DNA from: Eledone cirrhosa
Taxonomy: Eukaryota
Direction: 5' to 3'
Assembly (NCBI GenBank): GCA_964016885.1
Contig: OZ024743.1
Span: 145,886,001-145,950,000, forward strand
Length of the DNA: 64,000 nt
Below are positions 12,708 through 25,869 of the stretch, in pieces (position 1 is the first letter of the stretch; every line of letters begins with the position of its first letter). The notes under the pieces are model-generated. The model searched no databases. It saw nothing but the letters and a program-made list of their open reading frames with translations, and had not been told where the DNA came from. The position numbers were made by a program, and so were the translations under genes.

Positions 12708-13615
12708 CTAAATAACAAAAAGATAATAGAAGTGATCAATTATATTTTTCATAGATATACACAAAATTATCCAAAAAAAGTAAAATAAAACCAGCCATAA
12801 TTTCTTGTGCTTTCTCTCCTGTAACAATTCCTACCATTTTTGTTATTGTTTAGTAAAGAGGAAAAACAGTAACCATGACTCTTTTCAAGGCCTCTGGAAC
12901 AAGTGGGCAGGGATAGGTATCCTCTAAATGGGGACCTGACCCGAATGTTTGCAACACTGCATTCTGCTAAAGGTATCCAAGGCCAAGGAGGTGATATCAA
13001 ACTCAATGAAAGGTTACTTCTACAACTAACATAGGCTATGGTTGTATTTGAACTTAGAACTTAAAGAACCAGAACAAATACTGCAAGCTTGATGCTCTAA
13101 CAATTCTGCTAGTTCACCACTCTAGACAGGCACTTTATTTATTGACCTTGGAAAGATGACAAGCAAAGTTAATTTCAAGTTTAATTCAAGATTAAACAAC
13201 AATCTCCATATTTTTCCAAGTATATAATGATGTCTTGGATTTTAAGGATTTGGGGGGGTGGGGGGGTTAATATCATCTCTAATTGTTTTTTAGGTAATAT
13301 TCCTGAGTTAAGATAGTTATTGAACTTGAAACCTTTATTTTACTGTCTGATCATCTAACTGGAGGACATTAGTGATATCAGAACAGACCAAATGTTCTAA
13401 AAACAATGGAGACAAATGCTTAAATATAATGCTTAAACTTTAAAAACTGTGTTTTTATAAAATATATTTCATATAATCATACAATAACACAAGCACAATT
13501 GTTTCTAATTAGTGTTTTTTAGAGGATATTCAGCAGAAAGGAAGGAATAAATTTGACATAAAAGTAAACAAATTCAACAGCACCTTAAAAGCAATTTACT
13601 TTTCCTTTACTTGTC

Positions 13616-13792
13616 TGGCAGTATCAGTAGAGAGTCGAATGCCATGCTTTCCAGCATAGTTACGTCCCTTTACGGTCTGAGTTCAAATCCCGCCGAGGTT
13701 AACTTTGCCTTTCATCCTTACGGGGTCGAAAAATAAAAGTACCAGTAATGTACTGGGTAATTGCTGGCTTTGTGCCAAAAGTAGAAACAATT
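13616..13792 (+). mobile_element. SINE family A copy
   Basis: Same B-box, central domain and tail as 7101-7282. Confidence 0.9.
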
Positions 13793-13946
13793 ATATATAA
13801 CTGTCTTCAACACAACTTTTTTAATACAATATGTTTAACTTCACTAAAGTTCACCATACAGTAAGTGCAGTCTTGGATCCAATACTACAGATTCAATAAC
13901 TGAAAAGATTATCTTACTTGGGAACTTTATTCTAAAGTCTGTCTCA

Positions 13947-14176
13947 AGTCCAGAAGCTCATCAGGCTGGTGCTTATCCCGGTTTCGACAGAATGCAAGAC
14001 TCCCCACTGGACAAGACACCAGGCCATCACAGGGTTAAACCCCAGCTACTGCTGGTACTCATTTTCAGCTGAGTATACTGGAGGAATGTAAAATGAAGTG
14101 TTTTGTTTAAGAACACAACACAGCCCAGTCCAGAAAGCAAACCCACAACATTATGATTGTAAGTATAACACCCTTT
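13947..14176 (-). mobile_element. Old tRNA-derived SINE of a different family
   Basis: GCTGGTACTCATTTTCAGCTGAGT..TGAAGTGTTTTGTTTAAGAACACAAC, a typical old SINE body next to a degenerate tRNA head. Confidence 0.55.
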
Positions 14177-14316
14177 ACTGGTTCTAGTTATTAAAACACA
14201 GAATTATAAGTGAAGCTTAAGATTTTTAATTAAACGAGTGTTTTTCTTCATTCCTAAATAAAAGTTCTAACAATGTTGCAATGCCATAGGAAATAGATTG
14301 TCCTATGACATTTTAT

Positions 14317-14557
14317 TTAACTCTTTAGCATTTAAACCGGCTGTATCCAGCCAGAATTCACTCACCTCTTTCTGTTCAAACCGGCTGTAACTGGCAATTT
14401 ATACTGATGTTAAGATATCATTCTCAAAATAAATAACATCAAAATCTCATAGATGCGATATTATGTGAGATAATTATGTAAGATAAAGCCTTTACCACAA
14501 AAATATAATAGTATATATATAGGTATATATAGAGTAATGTAAATGCTGAAGGGTTAA
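14317..14557. mobile_element. TTAA-flanked MITE (piggyBac-like ends)
   Basis: TTAACTCTTTAGCATTT ... AAATGCTGAAGGGTTAA; internally homologous to 38650-38864. Confidence 0.75.
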
Positions 14558-14802
14558 ACATAAAAATCAAGATTCAATTTCAATTGGCCTTTTTCAGCAT
14601 AATGCTTTCACTATCAGTTATAAGATTAATAAATAAAAAAGAGTAAATACTAGACAATATTGTAGTTTATATCCTGTTGCAAAGCTAAATAACATGAGCT
14701 ACAATTTTGTCTTAATCCCAAAACAAACAAATCATAGTCAAATTTCACTTATCTAATACAGGATGTTGGCTGGAATGTTTGAAATTCATTATTACTTTTA
14801 AA

Positions 14803-14906
14803 CCCGCCGAGGTTAACTTTGCCTTTCATCCTTACGGGGTCGATAAAATAAAGTACCAGTAATACACTGGGTAATTGCTGGCCTTGTGCCTAACGTAGAA
14901 ACAATT
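14803..14906 (+). mobile_element. 5'-truncated SINE family A with 17-bp TSD
   Basis: ATTATTACTTTTAAACC at 14788-14804 and 14904-14920. Confidence 0.9.
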
Positions 14907-16210
14907 ATTACTTTTAAACCAATTGAAATAAGAGAGAAAAAATGTTAAATATATATGAAACAAAATATATTAAACTACTATTCATTTCAAATGCTAAGTA
15001 TTATTGTTGTTTATCACCAGGTCACCTGTGACTGAGAAAGTATAGGATCGAATGCAGTCAAGCCATGACCATTCAATCCCTCTATTGGGCATTGCCTATC
15101 ATGGAAAACATTATCCAATGTGTATATTCCTTTTCATAACAGTAGGGTATAATTTGAGACAGATATGGCTGCTATTTCAAGCAAGTATATCAACCACATA
15201 AAGACTCCCAATACTGTCTGATTACTATTTGAGAGTAAATGACAATATACCAAGACTACTCTATGAACTAGATTCTATTTCTGGTCATTACTATAAATGC
15301 TAAGCTCTAATATCTTGAACTTTCATGGCAACCACACATTTAGGATAAACATCCTCTCCGGGACCCAAAAATATATACAGTTGTTGACTTTCAATCCGGT
15401 ACAGATGTACCCCATGTACGAATACTGTTTATATATCAGAGAAAATGCAGTTAATACAGAAAGCCAACTAATTCACAATCTGTACTATCACTCAATCCTT
15501 TCAAGTACAATGGTTTCTGTTCCAATAACTTCAAATACTGACTTTGGCAACAAATACAGCCACACATCTCGACTCACTAAGACACACACACAATTCATGT
15601 GCCATAACGTCACAAACATTCACACACCACTTATATGGAAGAGTGCAACTCAGGGAATCACCCATCAAGCCAACAATTACTACTACAAATTCAGCAACAC
15701 TACAATGACCAAGCATCATCTATTACAGACACTTTCATCTAGTCACCTCAGTAACCAAATCACAAATACAAACTACATTTGGTGACAACAAACACACTTC
15801 ATAACCACTGTCAGAGATATACCAACTTTTTATCTTACCTTCCAAAATCTAAAACATTCTATAATTATTTTCCCACCAAACTGTATCCCTCTAAACTATT
15901 GCAGAACATCAACTAGGCTGACCTTAGCAGCCTTGGAGAGCCAGTGTATGGGGAATTTCCCTTCCACCACACACTAAATAATGTTAAAAAGCTTACATTA
16001 CTTTTAAGAATAAAATACAAAGTCACCCTAACTCATTCTATCTGCCTTATAAAATTTAAGTCCTTTACATTTGTGGGAACAAATTTCTAATGAAATACAC
16101 TGTCTATGTGTTTCAATTAATGTTCAAATAACCAAGAATTTGGAGGAGACTAGTAAAATCACTAACTTTATTCAGTGTTTAGAACAACAAAAGTTTCTTA
16201 CATAAAATAA

Positions 16211-16381
16211 GTTTCTATTTTAGGCACAAGGCCAGCAATTACCCAGTACATTACCGGTACTTTATTTTATCGACCCTGTAAGGATGAAAGGCAAAGTTAA
16301 CCTTGGCCGGATTTGAACTCAGATCGTAAAGGGACGTAAGTATGCTGGAAAGCATGTCCGACCCTCTACTGATACTGCCAA
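16211..16381 (-). mobile_element. SINE family A copy
   Basis: Family consensus; flanked by ATAAAATAA on both sides. Confidence 0.9.
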
Positions 16382-17912
16382 TAAAATAATGATAGATGCC
16401 TTAGATTTAAAATAGATGATTTTGTATCACAGAACCAAGGGTGGTCTTAAACAGGTTGGTAATTAATAAAATACAAAATAACACTGTTAAAGATATAAAT
16501 TTAGAGAATAAAATATCGTTGCTATCAACCATAGAAGAACAAGCCCATGACTGAACTTTTATATGGTTGCTTGACCTGCTGGAGATAGTAGTCAAATTAC
16601 CTTCAGATCAAACCCTACCATCTTCAAAAAGGAAATAAACATTGATTAATGAAATCCTATATACACCTAAATAGTCTTGAATATATTTGATCATAGGTCT
16701 TCATGCTCATGGCTAGCCTAGAACTACACAACAATAACCACTCTGGAATAATTAAAGGCAAAGTCAAACAATAGATGGCTTGAACTCAGACTATAAAGGA
16801 AAATAATTAAATATTGTAATATATAGCATTTCATTCTATCTTTTCTGTAAAATTTCTGTCCTTCAAACTATTATACATGAAGGTACAATATTAACAATAT
16901 TTCTGGGTTCAAATCTTACTGTCATTAACTTTACTCTATATTTAGCTACAGGATAAAAAATATAAATTTTCATAATGTACTAGAATCAATTCAATTAACA
17001 TTATGGAGTGAAAGGAAGCCTTATATTAAAACAAAAGAAAATAACCATTTAACAAGCTAATTCATGGGAGAGAGAGAATCCAGATTATGCCTGTTGCTTT
17101 ATTTTTTTTCATACCAGGAACCACATTAACTGATGTACCCTTCATAAATTTAAAAGTATGATTTGAGGGAAATTTGGTAGCTATTTCCAATAGTTCAAAC
17201 AACTGCTTACATGCTCCTTCCAAATGAAATCAAAGGTATTTCAGCCATGAGCATCTTTTTTTTCTTTTTTTTTTTTTTTCAGGTATAGTGTATCTGGGGC
17301 AGCATTACCTAATGTACCCCTGCTTTCTTTTATATGATTGGGAGTTATATGAGGGAAATTTTGGCTGTTATTTCTAGAAAGTCAAACAATTATGAAGACA
17401 CTCCCTTGATGCTTGTAAACCAGTTAGTTGAATTTATTAGCTGTTCAATACTAGTTGTATTTCGTTGACACCCACCCCTCATAAGCCCAAGAGACAGAGA
17501 CAAGTTTTCACCCAAACAGAATTTGAACTAGGTAAACAGATGAGCAAGACTTAAAACTGTGAAGACATATTTAGTCCATTTTTCTGTCGTTTCCTGTTCT
17601 TAGTAACGCTCCTTTGAATCACTTTTGTCTTCTTTTCTTTTATACTATGTAGCAGTGTTTCCCGAAGATGTTTCCGTGAGATAAGGTGTTTTTTAGTAAA
17701 TTTTAATGAAAATTTATATGGGTTATGTATATATATATATATGTGTGTGTGTGTGAATAAATTTTCTCTCTGAAACAATTTTTTTTCATTTAGTATCTTA
17801 TTAAAATTAAGGAGTTGGGAGTGGCCTGAAAAATATAGGTATATTTTGGAAGATTATAAAAGGGTTTTCTACCAAATAAGTTTGGAAATCACTGATTAAT
17901 TCATTTGGTAAA

Positions 17913-18493
17913 TTTATAGAACTCCCCCACTCGATTTCAGTAGGGGTGGGGATTTCCTCGGGGATTTTTTCGTGTGCTATCAACTAATCCAGCCTCCAAG
18001 ATCTGGCAATCAACTTTTTCCCCGGAGTAGGGGGGGGGGGTTCACAGATCTACACACATCTCGCATTTGGTGGGAAGTAATTATCTTCCCGAGTTAGGGT
18101 TAATGTTAGGGTTATGGTTAGGGTTTCCGTTTTCCGGGGGAAAAAAGTCGATTGCAAGCATCTAAGAGGTCCAGATAAAACAAGGAAAGATAATTATTTT
18201 CCACCAAATGCGAGCGAGTGCCGATCTGCGAAACTCCGATGCCCTATTCGCCCCTTTCTTTTTTCTACAAATCTAGTCGTTTCCCACTGGTTTGACGGTC
18301 ATGTTAGTTTATAACACACAAAAAAAATCCGTAGAAATCTCCGAGGAGGGGATTCACCCGCCTCCTCCGTTCTCCGGGAAAAAAGTTGATTGCCAAAATC
18401 CTGTAGGTTGCATTAGTTGATAGCACAAAAAAAAAGAGGAAAAATCTTTTTTTTTTCACTGAAAGCGAGTGGGGCGTTTTTTTCTTCTATAAA
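17913..18493. mobile_element. Nested foldback/MITE: long outer inverted repeats around an inner IR element with TTAGGG-like repeats
   Basis: Outer arms about 120 bp (GTGCTATCAACTAAT..GGCAATCAACTTTTT / AAAAAGTTGATTGCC..ATTAGTTGATAGCAC); inner arms CTCGCATTTGGTGG..TAATTATCTT / AAGATAATTA..CCACCAAATGCGAG. Confidence 0.75.
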
Positions 18494-18777
18494 AATATCC
18501 TTAATTTCCTCTCACATTATTTCGAAAAGTATTTTCGATAGGGCAAACTGAAATAAACAGAAGGCTATTATTTATGTATAAATTTTAATCGAAAGTAAAT
18601 GGTATTTGTCAAGTGTGTCAAGCTTCAGTGTACACTCACACCCAACGTCATTAGAAACATTCCTCAATTAATTCTTACCTCATAAATGAAATAAAAAGAC
18701 TCATTGGTCAGTAACAAGGTTCATGACATTTTTATTTAATAGATCTGGAAAAAAAAATGAAGTATGTAATAATACTC

Positions 18778-18990
18778 TTTAGCCTCGCCATCACCCGTGG
18801 TAATGATGAGAGCGTGCTGGCTTGCCTGAAAGTGTACAATTAACCCCCAGGGTGTGAGGTGTTGCCGAATGTCGCACTTGATGGTGAATTGCCACCCCCA
18901 TCCCTTTTTTTCTTCTTCTTTCCGTTATCATTTTTGTTCATGATTTTATATTTTTGTGTCATTATACACGGTTTTGACTTTTATTAAATA
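18778..18990 (+). mobile_element. 3' tip of CRE-like retrotransposon
   Basis: Strong similarity to 48550-48720 (CGCCATCACCCGTGGTAATG..GGCTTGCCTGAAAGTGTACAATTAACCC). Confidence 0.75.
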
Positions 18991-19227
18991 ATTTAGATGC
19001 ATTGTTGTCCATTCCATTTCGGGTGGTTGGAACGGACAGATATTCTTTCAAAATACCTATATATGTCACGTTTCTCGTGTATAGAGACGCTTGGCAAGCA
19101 TTGGTTATGTATAAAACCTTTCACATTCCTATGTCATCATAAACAAAACACTACACATATGCGCACACATGTATATATATATATATATTTAAAACCCTTG
19201 CTAGCAAGGAAAACAGACGTTAAATAG

Positions 19228-19266
<39 letters not shown>

Positions 19267-19347
19267 TGTATATATAAAAAGGGAGACAGAGAAAGACAAA
19301 AGCTTATTAGTGTATAAATTTGTTTTAAGAAGATTAAAAATATTTAC

Positions 19348-19442
19348 CATGCAAGCCGAGTCAAAATTTCCAACAGTCCTGGAAATACTAAATCATCTCC
19401 ACTGATATGCCATCGACGATTAAACAAAACTAACCCAGGCAT
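19348..19442 (-). CDS. DAGLB: DAGLB-like coding exon 1 (start codon)
   Basis: [31 protein letters not shown](W), close to the vertebrate DAGLB N-terminus MPGMVLFGRRW..SDDLVFPG (recalled); 95 nt, GTAAAT donor; absent from ORF track. Confidence 0.95.
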
Positions 19443-20628
19443 TGTTGACTACAACAACACATTAAATTAGTCCCATATTAATGGGATTCTTTCCTCACAG
19501 ACGACAATTCCTCCAGACTTAAGTGGGAATTCCTTTGTTAGTTTCGTATTATACATACGCGTACATGTAAATAATTTATATAATTATATATAAGAAATAT
19601 TACTTATTTCAATTAATAAAACTAATAACATAAATGATTATAGGTTAACATTATTTTCAATAGGTTTTATTCTCGCGTTTATTTTGTAAAAAAGAAAATT
19701 ACGAAAAGCTATAATGTTTTTCTTCAACTTCAATTATGAATAAGTAATTGCTGTTGTGATTGTTTTTAGCCCTAGGTCAGTTTGACCAAAAAGCATTCTG
19801 GCCTTGACCATCTCATCTGTTTTAGCAGAATTTATTTTAGATTACATTATATAATAGCTTTTATAACAGTTGTTTGAAAAGGATTTGGCTGCTATTTCAA
19901 GCAAATCAAACGACTAATTAAAGGATTCCTCATTGACATGCCAATCCATATTATATTCAGACACAGTGTAACTAGGACTACATTATACAATGTATTTTTT
20001 AATGACAGTAGGATTTGGCTGTTATTTCTAGCAGGTCGAGTGATCATGTAGACGCTTCTTTCATATATTACAGAAGCACCACAAGGCTTCAAATTTAAGA
20101 GTTAAGGAATGTTGATTTTTAATTTAGGCACATATGTCCAGCAAATTTGTCCAAAAGACAAAGTTGATTAAATCAACCCTAATACTTGATTGGTACTTTA
20201 ATCCACCAGAAGGATAAAAGGCAAAGTTGACCATGGTGGAATTTGAATTCAGAATGTAAAGAGCCAGAACAAATACCACAATAGCATTTTATCTGATGCT
20301 CTACCAATTATGCCAATCCACCTGCTTTAGATCGTGTAATATCCATGCCTGTGTAATAGGTGATGTAAGTGAAGTGAAATTACTATAAATGAGAAAAAGA
20401 CTAAAAGCAAATTTAATTTGCTGTAATTCAGATATCTTAAATACAGAAGTTTTTCTTAAGAAATTTTGTTGATAAAAATGACTGGGTGAGTGAAGTGAAT
20501 TCTTTAAACTGGATTTTTCCATTTATGGTTCAAGCATTTGTCAATGGGCCAACTGCAACTCATTTAGTTTTCTGAATGGCATGCCTAATGAAATTTTACT
20601 GCGAACTTGTTTTAGTAATACTGACCAC

Positions 20629-21548
20629 TAGTGGCGGACTATGTCTAAAAAATATTGGTTGCCAGGAGATAAAGGGGCCCACCCACATATAGAATGCTAT
20701 CATTTAATTTTTATAATGAATAAATAACATTTTCAAAAAATACATAAGTGAAAACAAAACAGTGCAATAAAATTTTTGAGGAAAAAAAATGTACATTTTT
20801 TACTAATTATAGTGTATATATTCTGTACATATTACTGGCTGTATACAGTAATACTAAATGTTAAAACAGAATGTTATAATTTAATTTTTAAATAATTGTG
20901 AATGTATAGTATTTAGAGTAGAGTATGCAAGTGATCATTCTTACCATCACCAATAAAAAATATTAAGTATTTTGTGAAATATACACATCAAGAGACTTTC
21001 AATAATGACCTTTGGTCTTTCACTCAATATATATATCTGGGAGTGTGTATATGTGTGTACATGTACATGTGTATATAGAGATTTATATATACATGTTTTC
21101 AAATTGAAGGGACTTTAGGCTGAAGAACTGACCACTAATTGATTTTACATATGTCTTTAACCCATTAATATCAAAAGTTATTTGGCCTGCAGCTCGTGTG
21201 TATGGGTAAGTATATATATATATATATGCATGTGTGTGCGTGTCCATGTATGTATGCAAGTATGTATGAATGAATACAGTAAGCTAGACAACCAGGGATT
21301 CCAACTGTTAGCACTATCATATATTTTGGTTTCTATTAATTCCCTAGGGAATTGTTTGACTAAATGTTTTGCTTATTTGTTTATTTATTTTTTTAAATTT
21401 GTTATTCTTTCCCTTATACTTATTTTAAAACATTTTTTTGAAAGCAAAGGCCCCTAAAGTACTTACAGTGGGCTCCTGCAATGCTACCGTGGGCACCCTG
21501 GGCCCACTTGCCATTGGGTAACCTGGCAACCTGGCCAGTCCGCCACTG
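20629..21548. mobile_element. Non-autonomous hAT-type element, 920 bp
   Basis: TIRs TAGTGGCGGACT / AGTCCGCCACTG; perfect 8-bp TSD CTGACCAC (20621-20628, 21549-21556). Confidence 0.9.
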
Positions 21549-22299
21549 CTGACCACCATAAGATGAGCCATATCTCATGTGATCTGCTCAAAAAAGGTTG
21601 CCCATGCCTGCTCTATATATTCACTCACCCTTTTAGCCTTTTAGTAATAACAGCTAAATCTACCATCTAAAAGAAAAGAACAGCTCATTTTTTTTGTTTT
21701 GTTTTTTGTTATTCTTTTGAATGGGGTAATCATGATTTGGACACCTTTGATCAAATGGCTGCTTAATCAAGACTGACCTGAGTCTAAACAGTATTTGAGA
21801 ACTTAAGAAAGAAACAATAGATTTAAATGAGTAAAAATACATATAGCTATTTTGATTTTAGCATGTTGTAGAGGTGGGAAATTAACTTTTTGTATATTTT
21901 TTATAGTTGTCACAGTCTGAGATGAGAGAAGTCAGATCGATCCCTCTTGCTCATTTGGTATGGTTCCTATAATTGGATGTCCTTCCTAACACCAACCACT
22001 TTACATGGTGTGCTATGTACGTTTTTTGTAACACACCAAGTTTCTTAGGTCTAGTATGAAAAAACAAATTTTTCCACTCAAGGTGAACAGCTTCAAGTAT
22101 TCTATTGAATAAATCTTCTACAAAAGTATGTACTATCATCATTATCACCATCATCCTTCATCTTTTTTATATTCACTTTTTCTATATTGGCATGAACTGA
22201 GCAGGAGTTTCTGAGGCAGTATATTACAACTGAATGCTCTTCCTGAAGCCAACCCCTTTTGACACTTCTTAGAACATGCAGGCATGCAATGTATTTATC

Positions 22300-23230
22300 C
22301 TAAAAATCAGAATACACACAGTGTATATGTATTCATCAACAGTGGGTTCAGACAGGGTTATATGGTTGTCCCCAACCTCTTCAACTGTGTCATCGACTAT
22401 CTGATGATCAAGGTATGTGGGCAAGTTTCTTGCGTTACCTTCAGGAACTACCACCTTACTACCTTCGAGTATGCAAACAAAACCACTCTGTTCACAAACT
22501 CGATTGACCAGCTCAGGATGCATAGACAATATACCTGGAGGAATCAGCAAAGCTTAGCTTTCAAGTGAGCTGGACAAAGACAAAGCTGATGTATGTCAGC
22601 ATTAACCCAGAGCCTCTCCCAATTCATATTGGCCCCGACATTCGTCAGCTTCTTCATTTACCTGGGCTCCACAATCACCAACAACGGAGACCTCATCCCA
22701 GAGATCAACTGCAGATGTGGTCTGGCTGCTAGGGGATGCACTCCCAATGGAAATCTCTTTAGCGCCACAGCTCTATTTCCCAGAAGATGAAGATCCATAT
22801 CGGTCCTCTCCAGTCTCCTCTATGGAGCAGAAACGTGGCCCCTCATGAAGACCCTGGCAAAGAGGTTTAACAGCTTCAGTAACATAGACCTGAGTACCAT
22901 CAAGAACATCAGATATACTACATTTCCAAAGAAGAGCTGCATGCATGCACACATCAGCCTGCAGTCTCTCACCTCCTAGCCATCAACTGGTATGGGCATC
23001 CTACCAGTGTTTTACTCTAATTCAACACACCAGCTACAGGCTGGAAGAGACCCCATGGCAGACCCCACACCAGATGGCTGGATGTGATTAAGGAAGATCT
23101 CCAGAGGCTCAATGTCACCTTGGAGGATGCAGAGTGGCTGGTATGGGACTGCCAGCAATGGAGGGCACTGGTGGATCTGGTCGGCTCTGTGCACAATGAC
23201 GCTACTGGGATCACTAACCTAGGATGACCC
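22300..23230 (+). mobile_element. RTE/RTE-X LINE fragment (RT to 3' end)
   Basis: INSGFRQGYMVVPNLFN, FIYLGSTITNNGDLIPEINCRCGLA, LLYGAETWP, RPHGRPHTRWLD in shifting frames. Confidence 0.85.
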
Positions 23231-23475
23231 CAGTCCCATCGAGCAAGAGAAAGAGCATATATATAGAGAGATATAATTAGAGTGGAATAACCCACTATTA
23301 TTTTTGGTAAGGTGCATAAAGCTCAATGCATTATTAGAGTCATACAGGAATACAAGTCGAAACAAAGGTGTACTCCGATGGATTAAGACACCTGTAGTTG
23401 AAGACAGTGAAAGTCACAGAGCATAAATACTTAATACAAAATGAAAACCAAAGTTGCTATTCCAAATCTATCTTT

Positions 23476-23597
23476 AATCTCAACAATCGTTTCTATAGAG
23501 ATAAGTGTAATGCCAGTACATTTAATCAACCACTCCAACAGTTAATAATTAACAATTTAAATGGCTTTCAAACAAATCCACTTTTCATCAGAAAAAA
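23476..23597 (-). ncRNA. Degenerate hammerhead-like motif with expanded stem II
   Basis: CTGATGA (23591-23585) ... GAAA CGATTG TT with a partly paired insert of about 90 nt; downstream tail ends in TA-rich sequence near 23260-23280. Confidence 0.35.
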
Positions 23598-23920
23598 CAG
23601 TAGATGGAAGCATTGGGTTACTTAGCACATCAAGAAGAATATAGATAACAAAAATATAAAAAGGTATAAGCAAGCTTACAAAAGGCGAAGAGGACACATA
23701 AAAATAATATTGAGCAAGTGATTTACATAATCATAGAATAGTCAATTAGTGTAAGCAGTAGAAGCAAAGTCATGCAGTAGAGGCATGTTGTTATGAATAG
23801 AGGATCACCAATTAGAAATATCCAAGTGTATTCAGAATTATAATATTTTAGATTATGCGTAAACATGAGCATTAAATGTACTGCTAAGATTCATCAAAAT
23901 ATTTTACTCACACCGAATTA

Positions 23921-24120
23921 TATGAGGGTTGGCTGAAAGGTTCATAGGCTGACTATTGACTTGATGCTAGAGCTGTGAAATCTTGCACGTATTAATTTGA
24001 ACTCTTCTTATCAATAACTGCATCATTTCTTTCAAAGGACGATGTTGAAAAATAAACCTCATTTGGCCATTCCATGAGAGTATCTTGGTCAGCCTATGAA
24101 CTTTTCAGCTGACCCTTGTA
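23921..24120. mobile_element. Mariner-type MITE, 200 bp
   Basis: TIRs TATGAGGGTTGGCTGAAAGGTTCATAGGCTGAC / GTCAGCCTATGAACTTTTCAGCTGACCCTTGTA. Confidence 0.85.
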
Positions 24121-24154
24121 TGTATGTATGCATGTATATATATATATATGTATG

Positions 24155-24460
24155 TCAGGTCACCAGTTGGTGCTACTGGTAACATGTATCCCAGTACAAC
24201 CTGTCCCATGGTCGGGTCGTTGGCGACTAAACTGGCAACCCCACCAAGGTTTCTTGGTGAGGAGGGTGACTTTGGACATCCTGCAGGACTAAAAACAAAA
24301 CCTGTCAAAGGGCAAAGGAGCTCTAAAGAGTCAATGGCCATCCAAAATCACCGGGAGAGATGACACCCTTAGCCTTTGTCAAGGCAGAATTCTCGGAGAA
24401 GGAAAACTCTGGTATAACACCTGCAACCCTGATGGTATCCAATGATGTTGACTTGTTCTT
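24155..24460 (+). mobile_element. Probable 5' UTR of an RTE element
   Basis: GC-rich structured leader with CTCGGAGAAGGAAAACTCTG, recalled as typical of RTE 5' UTRs; follows (TA)n. Confidence 0.5.
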
Positions 24461-24784
24461 CTTTTTGGTAAATATCATCTTGGTTAAGAGAGTGGGACTG
24501 GCTTTGTGCAGTGCCTTTGCTCACTATAAAAGCTTCACAGCACAGGCATTGCTTTATATCTGGAGATCTCTCTGCACTTGTCGTCACATGGTACCATGGG
24601 CCCAACACTATGTGTCAATAATTGTCACAAGTGTAGTGTTTGTACCAGAGTTTTCAAGTCGCTGGCTGGACTAAAAAGTCACATTCGTTCAGCGCATCGG
24701 TAGGAGTTCTCCTACATGGATATAAAGTTGTGGCCGTACTCGAAAATGAGTTGGCAGCCACCATATATATATATATATATACAT

Positions 24785-25640
24785 ATCATCATCATCAATA
24801 TCATCACCACCATTTAACGTCTATTTTTCTACACTAGCGTGGGTTAGATGAGTTGTCCATTGTGAGGCAAGTTAGATCAGGTGACCATGCCTTGCTCAAA
24901 CAGAACTATTTCAGGCTTGGTTTCTATGGCTGGATACCCTTCCTAATGCAATCACATTTACAATGTGGACTGGGTGCTTTTTATCATGGCACCAAGACAA
25001 CTAACTGACAAGTCGGACTGGGTAGTTTTTCATCATATCACCAGCACAATCATCTTACAGGGTAGACCAGGTGCTTATGATTGTGTCACCAACATGACCA
25101 CTTTACAGGGTGGACTGGGTGCTTTTTGTCATGTCACTAACTTGACCACGTTACAGGGTGGACTGGGTTGCTTTTTGTCATATCATCAACTCGACCACCC
25201 TACAGGGTGAACTGGGTTTCTTTTGTCATGTCACCAACATGAGCACTTTACATGGCGAACTAGGGTTTTTTGTTGTGTCACCAGCATGACCACCTTAGAG
25301 AGTAGACTGGGAGCTTTTAGCCATTTCATCAGCACAGGGGGGGGGGGGGAGTATGTCCAGCTTTCCATGTTTGTATGCACGTGTTGGACAAGAGAAGTGT
25401 ATCAGACGTGGAAAGTGATGAGGTTAAGGAGTGTGTGATGCATGTATGCAGAATAGGGATTGGAGAGGTAGGTCTAAAGTGGGGTACCTATATGGTGAAA
25501 GATGGAGGGTGAAGTGTTAAAACATGGGAAGAGGGAGAGAAGTGGTGCATAATGGGGACCTCTATGCTTCATCCCATGCACATGGGAAGGCAGATCTGCT
25601 GCAGTACTGCATATCACCAGAGATCTCGATCTTGTGTCAT
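24785..25640 (-). mobile_element. RTE-tailed SINE-like element (family C) with internal 48-bp tandem array
   Basis: (CAT)n-CATTTAACGTC tail; about 8 units of CCACTTTACAGGGTGGACTGGGTGCTTTTTGTCATGTCACCAACATGA at about 24950-25335. Confidence 0.75.
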
Positions 25641-25869
25641 CGTCTTTGAGAGGTTTAATTTTGGGAGGTCAGCTTTTATCACTTCATCCCATATATATAT
25701 ATATTGTATATCTAGCAATATACGGTGTGTTTACAAATAAACATTTTGAAAGCCTTTAGCTATGAATTTGGAAACTGATGACATAGTGCTATCTAGCAGA
25801 TTCCAGCAGAAGCTAAGGGTGGGTAACTGATGAAAATGTTGTCTGATGATCCTGTGTAACAAGGCATAT

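Noticed and set aside
13955-13990. CGAAAC...CTGATGAG on minus, a possible permuted hammerhead
   Set aside because: Stems I and III do not close; it fits an ordinary SINE/LINE 3' tail
15297-15785. 162-aa ORF
   Set aside because: A/C-biased with no intact motif; more likely a decayed LINE remnant than a gene
18094-18124. Interstitial telomere
   Set aside because: Only a few degenerate units, inside an IR element
24950-25335. CRISPR-like periodicity
   Set aside because: Contiguous degenerate tandem units with no unique spacers, in a eukaryotic SINE
25770-25850. CTGATGA...GAAA ATGTTG TC
   Set aside because: No stem I, and the base of stem II is unpaired
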